In this document: one piece after another, positions 1 to 9,285 of the stretch
Numbering within the stretch: the stretch's first letter is position 1
How the letters are laid out: each line of letters starts with the position of its first letter
Assembly: GCA_031367385.1 (NCBI GenBank)
Contig: JANLPS010000250.1
Location: 1 to 22,225 of the forward strand
DNA from: Archangium sp.
GTDB lineage: Bacteria > Myxococcota > Myxococcia > Myxococcales > Myxococcaceae
Reading direction: 5' to 3'
Length of the DNA stretch: 22,225 bases
The notes under the pieces: generated by a model
Told to the model about the DNA's origin: nothing
The model's database searches: none
What the model saw: only the letters and a program-made list of their open reading frames with translations
Translations under genes and position numbers: made by a program

Positions 1-227
1 TCGACACCCTGCCGATCGACTTTCGCATGGTGGTCATCTTGGCCGACCTCCAGGAGTTCTCGTACAAGGAGATCGCCGAGATTCTCGATGTGCCGGTCGG
101 TACGGTGATGAGCCGCCTGTTCCGGGGGCGAAAAGCGCTCCAGAAGGTGCTGCTCGAGGCTGAGAAGGCCGAAGAGGCTGCAACGATAGACTTGAATGCC
201 TGGCGGGAGCGGAAGAAGCTGGGGTGA
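1..227 (+). CDS. ECF (sigma-70 group 4) RNA polymerase sigma factor, C-terminal part (5' truncated by window)
   Basis: Frame is open from position 3: [44 protein letters not shown], a classic ECF region 4.2 HTH. An anti-sigma gene follows directly. Confidence 0.93.
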   Translation, partial: DTLPIDFRMVVILADLQEFSYKEIAEILDVPVGTVMSRLFRGRKALQKVLLEAEKAEEAATIDLNAWRERKKLG

Positions 228-248
228 CGGAGCGTTCCCCCGCCTGCA

Positions 249-1067
249 ATGAACTGTCGTGAGCTCGATTCATTGATGCATTCGTACCTCGACGAAGAGC
301 TCGTCGACGGTGAGCGGCTCGCACTCGAATCGCATCTCGCGCACTGTGCGACCTGCTCGAAAGCCGCTGAGGTCGAGCGACACAACCTCACCCTGATTCG
401 CACGAGGGCCCTCGAAGCTTCACCGAGCGCTCCCGAATCACTGCGAGCCCGCATTCACGACGGCATTCACGGCGACCAGCGCCGGAGCGTTCAACGCCGC
501 TTGCTGCAGGTCTCCGCTGCCGCCGTATCAGTGGCCGTGCTGAGCGCCGTCGGGCACCAACAGTGGCACGCCTGGCAACGGCAGCTCTTCGTCGAAGAAG
601 CGGCGCGGCGCCACGCCCGCCAGCTGCCCTTGGAGATGCAGGGCCAACCCGAGGTGCTCGAGGCCTGGTTCGGCGGCAAGCTCGATCACCGCGTCACGGT
701 GCCTCGCTTCCCCAACACCACCACTGCGGGTGCGCGCCTGCTCAACGTGCGCGACCGCGAGGCTGCCTACATTCGCTATGACGCACCGCGTGCCAACTCA
801 TCAGAGCCCCGGCACATGGGCCTGTTCGTGTTCGACGACTCGGGCGACCTCGATCTCGCGGCGTTGCCAAGCTCCGAGGTCGGTAACAGCCACGGCTACA
901 ACGTGGTCAGCTGGCGCGACGGCGACGTGGTGTACGAGCTGGTCACCGACCTCGACGAGCGCGACATTCGAGCGTTGGTGCCGCACGAAGAAACCGAGCA
1001 GCGCACATCTACGCCTATGCCGGCGCCCCCGCTCGATGTTCGGCCCGCGTCAATGACAAACCCGTAG
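249..1067 (+). CDS. Zinc-binding (zf-HC2/ZAS) transmembrane anti-sigma factor
   Basis: N-terminal C3 plus HLAHCATC (HxxxCxxC), a hydrophobic segment VSAAAVSVAVLSAVG, then a C-terminal extracytoplasmic domain. Lies 21 bp downstream of the ECF gene. Confidence 0.9.
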   Translation: MNCRELDSLMHSYLDEELVDGERLALESHLAHCATCSKAAEVERHNLTLIRTRALEASPSAPESLRARIHDGIHGDQRRSVQRRLLQVSAAAVSVAVLSAVGHQQWHAWQRQLFVEEAARRHARQLPLEMQGQPEVLEAWFGGKLDHRVTVPRFPNTTTAGARLLNVRDREAAYIRYDAPRANSSEPRHMGLFVFDDSGDLDLAALPSSEVGNSHGYNVVSWRDGDVVYELVTDLDERDIRALVPHEETEQRTSTPMPAPPLDVRPASMTNP

Positions 1068-1093
1068 CACCCTGTACCAATGGGTGCAGTTCG

Positions 1094-1122
1094 TTGACCC
1101 CTCAGTCAGCCATCAGTAGCTT
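1094..1122 (+). promoter_or_regulatory. Putative sigma70 promoter of frzS
   Basis: TTGACC (1094-1099), 17 bp spacer, TAGCTT (1117-1122), ending 9 nt before the ATG at 1132. Confidence 0.6.
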
Positions 1123-1131
1123 GCATGGTGA

Positions 1132-2847
1132 ATGTCTAAGACTGTCTTGATCGTCGAGAAGGACGTTGCGCTCATGCGCACCGTGGCGCAGTCATTGACC
1201 GGCCGCGGGGTCAAAGTCGAAGAGACGACCGACGGCAAAGGTTCTCCCGAGCTGATTCGCCGCACCCGGCCCGACTGCGTGGTGCTCGCGGTCGACCTCG
1301 ACGCCGGCCAGAACGGCTATATTCTCTGCAAGAAGCTCAAGAGCGACGACGACTTGAAGGGCGTGCCGGTGATCATCATCGGAGACCCCAAGGGCTTCGC
1401 GCAGCACCAGAAGCTCAAGACCCGCGCTGAAGACTACGTCGGCAAACCGCTCGCGGTTGATCAGCTGGTCGACGCAGTCGGCAAGATCGTGGGCTTCCCT
1501 CCTCCGGCGGTGCAAGACGAAGGCGCGTTCGACCCCGGCTCATTGCTCGATGGCGAGGGCGGCTTCCCCGTTGAAGAGGTGCAGCTCGACGGCAACTCCA
1601 GTGAGCAATCGGCCGCCACCAACGAAGCGGCTGACTTCGACATGGTTGACGCGATGTTCGACGACGGCAAGCCCGCGCCTCCGACCGAACCCGCGGCGCC
1701 AGAGCCCAAGGGGCTGGGCACGGGTGACTTCGATGCTGAAGAGCGCACCGTGGTGGGCTTCATGCCGCCCGGTCTGCTGAAGGCTGGCTCAGCGGGTGCT
1801 CCCGCGAGCGCACCGAGGGCGAACGTCGGCACCACCAAGGTGCACGCGTTTTCGCCGATGCCTGCGACGTCTTCGCCTTCGGGCCTGAGCGGCGACGGGT
1901 CTGATTCGCGCGATCTGCGCGCCAAGGTCACTGAGCTCAATGGCTCGCTCGAAGACGCCCAGAAGCGCTCGAGTGAGCTCGAGAGCCGGGTGCGCGAGCT
2001 CGAGACCGAGCTCGAGACCAAGCAAACCGAGCTCGAGACCGCTCGAAGCGGAGCGACCGCCAGCACCAAGAGCGACAAAGACGTCTTCGCGCTGCGCGAC
2101 TCGGTCAACAAGAAAGACAAAGAGATTCTCCGCCTCAAGAGCGAGCTCAACGACAAAGAAAAAGAGATCGTCGAGCTGCGAGAGAAAGAGAACACCTTCG
2201 ACCAGGCCGTCAGCGAGGCGAAAGACGAGGTCGCCAAGCGAGACGCGCAGCTCAAGACCGCGCAGACCAAGGTCGAGCAGCTCACCACCGAGCGCAAGCG
2301 CGTCGACACTCAGCTCACGACGGCGAAAGAAGAGGCCCGGGCGACCGGCGCCAAGCTCTCGACCCTGCAAGGCGACTTCGAGGGGTTGCAGGCGCGAACC
2401 GCGTCGCTCGAAGGCGAGCTCGAGCCGTTGCGCGCGACGAAAGCTGAGCTCGAGACGGCCAAGACCCAGCTCGAGACCGAGCTGTCACTGGCCCGTGCCG
2501 AGGTCGAAGCGACCCGCAGCCAGATCGACGAACGCTCACGAGAGGCCGACGACCTGCGCTCGCAGCTCGAGGCCGCGAACAGCGAGCTCGAGAGCACCCG
2601 CACCCAGGTCACAAGCCAAGCCCAGGCCTTCGCCGACGAGATCTCAGGGCTGCGCAACCGGGTCAGCGAGCTCGAGACCGAGTCGCAGAAGCACGAAGAG
2701 CGCGCCAACCGCGGAGTCGAGCGGGTCAAGGCGCATCAAGAGCAGGCCGAGCGCGTTCGCCAGGCGCTGCAGATGGCGATGGGTCATCTCGAAGCCGCTC
2801 CGGGAGACGTCGAAGAGCTCGAAATCGACGAGATCGCCGAAGCCTAG
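1132..2847 (+). CDS. frzS: FrzS social-motility protein: N-terminal pseudo-receiver domain, Pro/acidic linker, long C-terminal coiled coil
   Basis: The N-terminus (ETTDGKGS..IRR..PD.VVLAVDL.AGQNGY..C.KLK.DDDLK.VP) matches Myxococcus FrzS as I recall it, with D55, H92 and Y102 at the same numbering. The canonical phospho-Asp position holds Ala. About 300 aa of heptad-rich coiled coil follow. Confidence 0.92.
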   Translation: MSKTVLIVEKDVALMRTVAQSLTGRGVKVEETTDGKGSPELIRRTRPDCVVLAVDLDAGQNGYILCKKLKSDDDLKGVPVIIIGDPKGFAQHQKLKTRAEDYVGKPLAVDQLVDAVGKIVGFPPPAVQDEGAFDPGSLLDGEGGFPVEEVQLDGNSSEQSAATNEAADFDMVDAMFDDGKPAPPTEPAAPEPKGLGTGDFDAEERTVVGFMPPGLLKAGSAGAPASAPRANVGTTKVHAFSPMPATSSPSGLSGDGSDSRDLRAKVTELNGSLEDAQKRSSELESRVRELETELETKQTELETARSGATASTKSDKDVFALRDSVNKKDKEILRLKSELNDKEKEIVELREKENTFDQAVSEAKDEVAKRDAQLKTAQTKVEQLTTERKRVDTQLTTAKEEARATGAKLSTLQGDFEGLQARTASLEGELEPLRATKAELETAKTQLETELSLARAEVEATRSQIDERSREADDLRSQLEAANSELESTRTQVTSQAQAFADEISGLRNRVSELETESQKHEERANRGVERVKAHQEQAERVRQALQMAMGHLEAAPGDVEELEIDEIAEA

Positions 2848-2858
2848 ACCTCTGTCGC

Positions 2859-4022
2859 TCAGTGACCGCCGCCGGGCTTCTTCGGGTCGTCTTTCTTCGA
2901 CAGCATCTTCTTCGCCATCATCTGCACCGCGCCTGACACGTTCTTGTCTCGCGCGAGGTTCTTCACGTCGGTGTCGTGCACGCTGCTCAAGAACTTCATG
3001 CTGATCACCGCCGGCACCTTGGGGTTTTTGATCAGCGCGAGCTTGATCGGGTACTGCCGAACCCACTCGCGGTTGCCGCAGATGATTCGCAGCACCTCTT
3101 CGTTGCACACCCGGTTCTGCGCCTGCGTTAGCACCTCGGCATCGGTCAGGCGGGGGCTGCGAATCACCGCGGTGCAGACCAGCTTGTTCGAGTCTCGAAT
3201 CAACATCGTGCGCACTTCCTTATTGCCCTTGCTGGCGAGCTTGATCTTCTCGGCCACGCTGAGCTTCTGAATCTTCTGCGCCAGGGTCAGCCGCTTGCCC
3301 TCGTCGAGGGGCACGGTCGCATTGGCGCCGTCACCAGCCACCTTGAACTCGGCGATGATTGACTCCGCCGTGTCGACCACCGGCGGCGGCAGGTCGGCCT
3401 CGGTGGGGCCGAAGAGCCGTATCCGGGCCTCCTTCATCTGCGGCACGTCGAGCAGCACCTGCCCATTGCGAACCGCGAAGTCGCAGACGTTGTCGATCAG
3501 CGCGCCCTGGGCGAGCGGGTTCTTCGCCAGCTCGCGAATGATGTCGTCGTGGCGCAGCAACCGAAGCTGGTTCTGGCCGATGATCTCGCTTAACGACTTG
3601 CCGCACCGCGAGGCGATCGACGCGACCGCTTCGTCAGGCGTCGAGGCGTTGAAGATCAGCATCTCGGCGTAGGCGTCTTTCTCGAAGAACACCTCGAGAA
3701 ACCAGCCGAGCACGTGCGGGCTGACGGCTTCGTCGCGAAACCCCGAAGAGACGATGCGGTCGGGCAACCCAGCCGCGGTTCGGCCGGCGGTGTCGCGAAC
3801 GTTCTCGTCGTTGTCGTACATCAGCATGAACAGCGCGCCCAACATGTCTGACGGAGAGAGCGGCACCAGGCCCTTGGCCGCCATCATGCGTAACGGCACG
3901 GGCGCTTTCGGGTCGACGTGCTTGCGCATGTTCTGCGGTAAGAACTGATCGGTGATTGGGCACGCCGAGACGGCGACCTCGGGCTCGGTTGGCGGCGGCG
4001 GTACGGCTTCGCCCTCGTTCAT
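2859..4022 (-). CDS. Conserved hypothetical alpha-helical repeat protein (LRV/HEAT-like; NASTP, KNP, NPKVP motifs)
   Basis: 387 aa ORF with GC3-rich codons and an ATGA overlap with the coaX stop. Repeated N-P/T-P helical repeat motifs. Confidence 0.8.
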   Translation of the reverse strand: MNEGEAVPPPPTEPEVAVSACPITDQFLPQNMRKHVDPKAPVPLRMMAAKGLVPLSPSDMLGALFMLMYDNDENVRDTAGRTAAGLPDRIVSSGFRDEAVSPHVLGWFLEVFFEKDAYAEMLIFNASTPDEAVASIASRCGKSLSEIIGQNQLRLLRHDDIIRELAKNPLAQGALIDNVCDFAVRNGQVLLDVPQMKEARIRLFGPTEADLPPPVVDTAESIIAEFKVAGDGANATVPLDEGKRLTLAQKIQKLSVAEKIKLASKGNKEVRTMLIRDSNKLVCTAVIRSPRLTDAEVLTQAQNRVCNEEVLRIICGNREWVRQYPIKLALIKNPKVPAVISMKFLSSVHDTDVKNLARDKNVSGAVQMMAKKMLSKKDDPKKPGGGH

Positions 4023-4789
4023 GACTGGTTCCTCTCGTAGATGAGACGCAGGCCCTCGAGCGTCAAGAACTCGTCGACCTCGTCGATGGCTTTCGACTCG
4101 CCGGCGATCAGCGGCGCAAGGCCGCCGGTCGCGAAGACTCGCACGTTGCTGGCGCCCAGGTCTTTTTTCATTCGCTCGCAGATGCCGTCGACCAGCGAGA
4201 CGTAGCCGAAGACCAGCCCCGACTGCATCGAGTGCACGGTGTTCTTACCGATCACCGCCGGAGGCCGGGCGAACTCGACCCGGGGCAGCTTCGAGGCGTT
4301 GCGAAACAGCGCGTCCATCGCGATGGTGATGCCCGGGCAGATGGCGCCCCCGAGGTATTCGCCCTTGGCGCTGACCGCGTCGAAGGTGGTGGCGGTGCCG
4401 AAGTCGACCACGATCAACGCGCCGTGGTGCTTCTCGTAGGCGGCCACGGCGTTCACCACCCGGTCGGCCCCGACCTCGCGCGGGTTGTCGTAGAGAATCG
4501 GCATGCCGGTCTTCACGCCGGGGCCGACGAACATCGGCTTCTGGTGAAAGTACCGCTCGCTCATCTTCTCGAGGTTGAAGTGCAGCGTCGGCACCACGCT
4601 CGAGACCGCGACGGCCTTCACCGCCTTCGGGTCGAGCCCGGCGTGCGCGAAGAGCTGCAGCGTCAGAATGCCGTACTCGTCGAAGGTGCGCCGCGGGGTG
4701 GTCTCGATGCGCCAGTGCGACTGCAGCGTGGTGCCGTCGTAGACCCCCAGCACGGTATTCGTATTTCCAACGTCGATGGCGAGCAGCAT
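4019..4789 (-). CDS. coaX: Type III pantothenate kinase
   Basis: [38 protein letters not shown] and ATGG motifs. Start reassigned to the ATG at 4789 (256 aa). Confidence 0.96.
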   Translation of the reverse strand: MLLAIDVGNTNTVLGVYDGTTLQSHWRIETTPRRTFDEYGILTLQLFAHAGLDPKAVKAVAVSSVVPTLHFNLEKMSERYFHQKPMFVGPGVKTGMPILYDNPREVGADRVVNAVAAYEKHHGALIVVDFGTATTFDAVSAKGEYLGGAICPGITIAMDALFRNASKLPRVEFARPPAVIGKNTVHSMQSGLVFGYVSLVDGICERMKKDLGASNVRVFATGGLAPLIAGESKAIDEVDEFLTLEGLRLIYERNQS

Positions 4790-4817
4790 GGCGCCGTCGA
4801 GCATACCGCCTTCTGGC

Positions 4818-5816
4818 TTACGATTTACGCGGGCGAACTTGCTCGACGTCGCCGGCGAGCACGCGCTCGAGCTTGTCACCCACCCGGAGCATCAGCGCCC
4901 CGTTTTCATCGATGTCTTCGGCGATGCCGCGCAGCTCCTGGCGCTCACCGCGCACCATCACTTCTTGCCCGATGGTCGACGAGAGCCGTTTCCACGCGAG
5001 GCGCACGGGCTCGAAGCCGTCGTCTGCCCACCGGTCGAGCCACTGCTCGAGCTTGGTAAAGAGCGCCGCGGTGAAGAGAGCGCGCGGCACGGGCTGCCCA
5101 CGGGCGACGCGCAGCGAGGTGGCAATCTCGGCCACCTCAGCGGGAAAATCGGTCAGCGCGGAGTTCAGGTTGACGCCGACGCCCAACACCAGAAATTGAA
5201 CGCGCTCGGTGTCGGCCGAGAGCTCGGTCAAGATACCGGCGAGCTTGCGGCCCTCGAACTGGAGGTCATTGGGCCACTTGATGGTGGCTTCGACTCCGGC
5301 TTCGCGAATGGTCTCGCAGAGGGCGACGGCGGCGACCAGCGTGACCTCGGCGGCGCGTTGGGGCGGCACGTCGGGCCTCAAAATGGCGCTGAAGGCCAGG
5401 TTCTGCCCGGGAGGCGAGACCCAGGTGCGGCCGCGGCGGCCTTTGCCGGCGGTCTGCGACTCAGCGATAACGACCTCACCCGCGAAGCCGCCCTCTTGCG
5501 CGAGCTCGAAGGCCTTGGCGTTGGTCGAGGTGATCTCATCGAAATGGTGCAGCACGCGGCCCAGCTCGCGGGTCGAGAGCAGCGGTGAGAGCTCGAGCGC
5601 GGTCAACCGGTCGGGCACCTCGACCAGCCGGTAGCCACGGGCCGCCTGGGCGTCGATGCGGTAGCCGAGCCGGCGCAGCTGCTCGACGTGTTTCCACACG
5701 GCGGTGCGTGAGAGCCCCAACTTGTCTGAGAGCACGGAGCCCGAGATGAACTCGTCTCCACCCTCGGCCAAGAAGGAGAGGATCATTTCTTCATTCGAGG
5801 TCTCGATGGCGTCCAC
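4818..5816 (-). CDS. birA: Bifunctional biotin operon repressor / biotin-[acetyl-CoA carboxylase] ligase
   Basis: N-terminal HTH ([19 protein letters not shown]), [31 protein letters not shown]. Start chosen at GTG 5816; ATG 5786 is an alternative. Confidence 0.95.
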   Translation of the reverse strand: MDAIETSNEEMILSFLAEGGDEFISGSVLSDKLGLSRTAVWKHVEQLRRLGYRIDAQAARGYRLVEVPDRLTALELSPLLSTRELGRVLHHFDEITSTNAKAFELAQEGGFAGEVVIAESQTAGKGRRGRTWVSPPGQNLAFSAILRPDVPPQRAAEVTLVAAVALCETIREAGVEATIKWPNDLQFEGRKLAGILTELSADTERVQFLVLGVGVNLNSALTDFPAEVAEIATSLRVARGQPVPRALFTAALFTKLEQWLDRWADDGFEPVRLAWKRLSSTIGQEVMVRGERQELRGIAEDIDENGALMLRVGDKLERVLAGDVEQVRPRKS

Positions 5817-5825
5817 AGTGGGCGA

Positions 5826-5855
5826 AAGGTAATGGCCGACCGACGCCAGATTCAA
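5826..5855 (-). promoter_or_regulatory. Putative sigma70 promoter of birA
   Basis: On the minus strand: TTGAAT (5855-5850), 18 bp spacer, TACCTT (5831-5826), 9 nt before GTG 5816. Confidence 0.45.
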
Positions 5856-5871
5856 GCGGCTCGGCGCCTGA

Positions 5872-6456
5872 TCAGCGGCTTGATGTAGGCGGGGGTAGTC
5901 GCGCAGGCGCAAACGCGAGCAACGTCAGCGAGGTCTGAGGGGTACGCGTGCCGTTCTCTTCGCGGCTGACGTTGACCTGAACGATGCCAACGCCGGGGGC
6001 AAGGGTGAGCTCGTTGACCAGGGTTTTGCCTTCTTCCAGGCGGTTACGGCTCTCGACGACGACGCAGCCCTGCCACTTGCCGGCGGGCGACTCACAGGGC
6101 TGGTTGGTGCCGATGATTTCGTAGTGCTCGATGGCCGAGACCGAGATGACGTTGGTCCACTTGGTGCCCACTTCGATCGGGTTGCGCAGCAGATACCGGT
6201 GCGGGTCGCGAACGCCGTAGCTGTCGACCTGAATGCGCACGCCCTGGCTGTCTTCGTAGAAGCCGTCGACCACCCGCAGCGTCTTCACGGTGATGGCCTG
6301 ACGGGCGCTGAGCAGGTCGACCTCGTACTTCCATTCTGTGCCGATGGCCAACGGGTAGAAGTCAGCGGCGGTGGCGCCCTTGGCGGCGGCCGTGCCCGAG
6401 GGGGTCGTAGCGCACGCCGTGATGAGCGCGAGAACGAAGGGGAGCTTGTGCATCAT
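5872..6456 (-). CDS. Putative lipoprotein, beta-strand rich, unknown function
   Basis: Signal peptide with lipobox-like LITA-C; FYPLAIGTEWKY and LAPGVGIV motifs. ATGA overlap with the upstream gene. Confidence 0.8.
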   Translation of the reverse strand: MMHKLPFVLALITACATTPSGTAAAKGATAADFYPLAIGTEWKYEVDLLSARQAITVKTLRVVDGFYEDSQGVRIQVDSYGVRDPHRYLLRNPIEVGTKWTNVISVSAIEHYEIIGTNQPCESPAGKWQGCVVVESRNRLEEGKTLVNELTLAPGVGIVQVNVSREENGTRTPQTSLTLLAFAPARLPPPTSSR

Positions 6457-7325
6457 TTGGAGCCTTGCTTTCGAGCTTTGAGCTCATCGAGGGCCTGGGT
6501 GGCCGAGGCGCGAATCAGCGGGTCATCGTGGCCCTGGGCGACCGACCAGAGGTAGGCCTCCGCTTCATCGCCTCCGATGGCGCCGAGCGCGAAGACGACC
6601 TCGCGCTGCACGATGCTGTCGCGCGCGCGGGAGACCTCGATCAACGCAGGCACCGCGGCCGGGTCTTTGAGCTCGACCAGAAGGCCCATGGTGCGGCGAA
6701 TGTCAGAGGCATCGCTGCTCTCGAGCCTGGCCAGCAATGGCTTGAGCGCGGCGGGGTTTCGTTTTCGGGCGAGCAAGGTGACCGCCGCGTTGCGAACAGG
6801 CAGCTCGGCGCTGCTGACCGCCTCGACCAACTTCGAGTCGCTGGCGCTCTTCAAGTCGATCAGCGCTTTCGACTCGGCGACCAGCCGGTTGAGCACGAGC
6901 TGAAGCGCGATGCCGCTGGCCTCTTGAATGTCTTCGATCTGGTTCGAGGTGGCCTTCTTCGAATCATGGGCCTGCACGTCGAACGAGTCGTCTTCTCCGC
7001 GCTGAATCAGCGAGAGTGCGCCCTCGACCGTGCCAATGGGGCCCTCCTCGGGGTCTGGCTCGACCAAGTTCAAGGCGAGCGAGACCCGCCAGGGCGAGAC
7101 ACCTTCGGGGGCCTTCTCATCGGCTTTGAGCACGACGAACTTGCTGGCTTCGAGCGCACGCCGAAGCTTCGCCTCGAGCTGCTCGCTCGACAGGCCGAGC
7201 ACCGCCCGGCCCTCGAATTGATCGATGGTGACCCGTTCGACGTGAGGGCGGGAGGCCTTGGAGCAGGACGCGCCGAGCAGCATCAGCAGCAGCCCGGCCC
7301 GACGCAGCCCCCCACCGCGAATCAC
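6453..7325 (-). CDS. Putative lipoprotein with C-terminal HEAT/PBS-lyase-like repeats
   Basis: Basic N-terminus, hydrophobic LLLMLL and lipobox LGAS-C. Repeats VRNAAVTLL, DPAAVPALIE, VQREVVFALGAIGG, IRASATQAL. GTGA overlap with the upstream gene. Confidence 0.85.
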   Translation of the reverse strand: MIRGGGLRRAGLLLMLLGASCSKASRPHVERVTIDQFEGRAVLGLSSEQLEAKLRRALEASKFVVLKADEKAPEGVSPWRVSLALNLVEPDPEEGPIGTVEGALSLIQRGEDDSFDVQAHDSKKATSNQIEDIQEASGIALQLVLNRLVAESKALIDLKSASDSKLVEAVSSAELPVRNAAVTLLARKRNPAALKPLLARLESSDASDIRRTMGLLVELKDPAAVPALIEVSRARDSIVQREVVFALGAIGGDEAEAYLWSVAQGHDDPLIRASATQALDELKARKQGSK

Positions 7326-9181
7326 GCGGGGTCCGAAGAGTTGCCTGACGGCGGCGGCTCGGCGGCGGGAGCCGACGGCGCGACCTCGGGCGACGGTGCG
7401 GCAGCCGGTGCTGAAGGCGCAGACGCACGAGCCGCGGTCGGCGCAGCCGAAGCTGACGGCGCAGGCCCGGTGGCTCCGCTCACTGCGGCGGCTCCTGGAG
7501 CCGACGCTTGGCCTTCAGGTCGGGGCCCACCAGCGCCACCGCGACGACGACGGCGACGGCGACGGCGGCGCTTGCCACCCTCACCGGCCACGCCCCCTTC
7601 GGTCGAAGGCTGCCCACCGGCGTCGGTCGGCGCGTCTTCACCTTCTTCACCCTCGTCGTCGTCACCCTCGTCGCCAGGCGCACCCATCGCGGCCGGAGCA
7701 GGCGCCGACGCTTCGGCACCCGCGTCGCCCATCGGCGGAGTTGGCGCTGAATCAGAGCCGGGCTCGTTGCCAGTCGGTGTGGGGCGCGCATCAGACGACC
7801 GGGCATCGACCCGCTCGCCGCCATGACGCTCTTTGTGTCGTTCTTCTCTGCGCTTCGAGGCCTCTTCGGCATCGAGCCGCGCCTGCGCGAAGAACGCCTC
7901 GTCGACTTCGAACAACTCGACGCGATTCACCGAAACGCCGACTTCGGCCTCGAAGAACTTTTCGGCCAGCGCGTCTCCGCACCAGAGCAGCACCAAGGCG
8001 CCGTTGCCGGTCGACTCAGACTTGGCATCGCCCCGCGCGTCGCCCGCCGAGATGATCAACCCCAGCTGTGCGCCATGGTGACCCAAATCGCGCCGCAGCT
8101 CTTGCACGTTGCGCCGCTCGGTCGACCCGCTCTTCATCACGCGAATCGCATAGCGAAGCTCGAGGCTGCCGTCTTTTCGGCGGGCGGTGAGCACCGGCCC
8201 GTCTTTGCTGCGACGGGCGACCTTGAGCTCGCGAAAGTGCAGCCCGTGCAGCAGGCGCACGACGGACTTCTCGAAGGTGCCCGAGTCGAGGTCGGTGAGC
8301 TTCTTGCGAAACGCCTTGGCCATCGAGCGGCGGGCGTCGCGCACGGCGGCCTTCGCCGTCGCCAGCAACACCGCGTCGTCTCCGGAGATCGCGCTCGACA
8401 AGCTGTCGGGCAGGGCCTCTCGCTCGCGTTCGCGCCGCTGCGAGCGCAGCACCACGCGGCCGTTCTCGAAGGGCAGCTGGGCCGCTTGGCAGAACGCGGC
8501 CTGAAGCTCGGCCATGCTCGGGCCACCTTCGACCGAGGTCTGGGCATCGACCGAGAGCTGCAGCTCTCCGCCTTCGGCGCGTACGGCGGCGAATTGCGGG
8601 CGACGGTTCTGGTCGACGCGGGTCTGGTTGTCGGCCGCGAGGGCCTCGAGCATCGCGCCGATGCCAAGGTCGTCTTGCACCATCTCGCGGGTCTTCAGGC
8701 GAGCGAGCAATTCGCTGGGCACCAGGGCGGTCTGGCTCTCTCCGAGAATCTCGAAGACGACCTCGGCCACGGGCGGGAACTTGCGCTTGCGCCCATCTTC
8801 GTCGCCTCGGCGCTTGCGCTCGGCCTGACGCCCGATGCTGCGCAGATATTCGGCGCGCGGCTCGGGGTGGCGCTCGACCGGCCGCATCGGCGGCAGGTCT
8901 TCTTCGGGGTTCACCTCGGGTGCACCGGTGGCCGCGAGGGCCTCATCGTCTTCCGGCAACATCCAGTCTGTGAGCCCGAACGTGTCACGCGCCGTCACCA
9001 TGATCTTTCGCTCTCGGGAGCGCTTCGCCATGGCCGCCAGCCGCGACAACATCGTCACTTCGGGCGTTTTGCCAACATGCGAGAGCAGCGACTTGTCGAG
9101 CGAGCGTTTGGTGATCTCAAGCGAGTGCAACGGCGAGCCCGCTTCCTCCAGAATTCGGAGTGCAGCCTCATAAAATGTCAT
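7322..9181 (-). CDS. HARE-HTH domain protein with degenerate Mrr-like restriction-endonuclease fold and disordered acidic/Arg-rich tail
   Basis: MTFYEAALRILEEAGSPLHSLEITKRSLDKSLL..GKTPEVTM fits the HARE-HTH pattern. The segment FEKSVVRLL...VQEL...GLII...LVLLWCGDALAEKFFEAEVGV follows the Mrr catalytic-domain scaffold. Confidence 0.82.
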   Translation of the reverse strand: MTFYEAALRILEEAGSPLHSLEITKRSLDKSLLSHVGKTPEVTMLSRLAAMAKRSRERKIMVTARDTFGLTDWMLPEDDEALAATGAPEVNPEEDLPPMRPVERHPEPRAEYLRSIGRQAERKRRGDEDGRKRKFPPVAEVVFEILGESQTALVPSELLARLKTREMVQDDLGIGAMLEALAADNQTRVDQNRRPQFAAVRAEGGELQLSVDAQTSVEGGPSMAELQAAFCQAAQLPFENGRVVLRSQRREREREALPDSLSSAISGDDAVLLATAKAAVRDARRSMAKAFRKKLTDLDSGTFEKSVVRLLHGLHFRELKVARRSKDGPVLTARRKDGSLELRYAIRVMKSGSTERRNVQELRRDLGHHGAQLGLIISAGDARGDAKSESTGNGALVLLWCGDALAEKFFEAEVGVSVNRVELFEVDEAFFAQARLDAEEASKRREERHKERHGGERVDARSSDARPTPTGNEPGSDSAPTPPMGDAGAEASAPAPAAMGAPGDEGDDDEGEEGEDAPTDAGGQPSTEGGVAGEGGKRRRRRRRRRRGGAGGPRPEGQASAPGAAAVSGATGPAPSASAAPTAARASAPSAPAAAPSPEVAPSAPAAEPPPSGNSSDPA

Positions 9182-9236
9182 TGGGATTTCCCAGTAAAAA
9201 CAAATACTTCAATCAACGCCTAAACAAAGACGGCGT

Positions 9237-9265
9237 AAGGTACGCAGCGCTACAGTGCGTGTCAA
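9237..9265 (-). promoter_or_regulatory. Putative sigma70 promoter for the HARE-HTH operon
   Basis: On the minus strand: TTGACA (9265-9260), 17 bp spacer, TACCTT (9242-9237), in an AT-rich divergent intergenic region. Confidence 0.65.
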
Positions 9266-9285
9266 CCAAAGCCTTGGAGTGCTGC

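Noticed and set aside
1940..3004. 354 aa Arg/Ser/Pro-rich alternative-frame ORF and GAGCTCGAGACC repeats in frzS
   Set aside because: Both are by-products of ELE(T) coiled-coil codons, not a separate gene or DNA repeat element.
7322..9181. Active Mrr type IV restriction system
   Set aside because: The catalytic motif appears substituted and there are no methylase or defence neighbours. Kept as an inactive-fold finding instead.
6465..9223. Long plus-strand ORFs 6465-7826 and 7823-9223
   Set aside because: Antisense shadows of well-supported minus-strand genes, expected in high-GC DNA, with no recognisable motifs.
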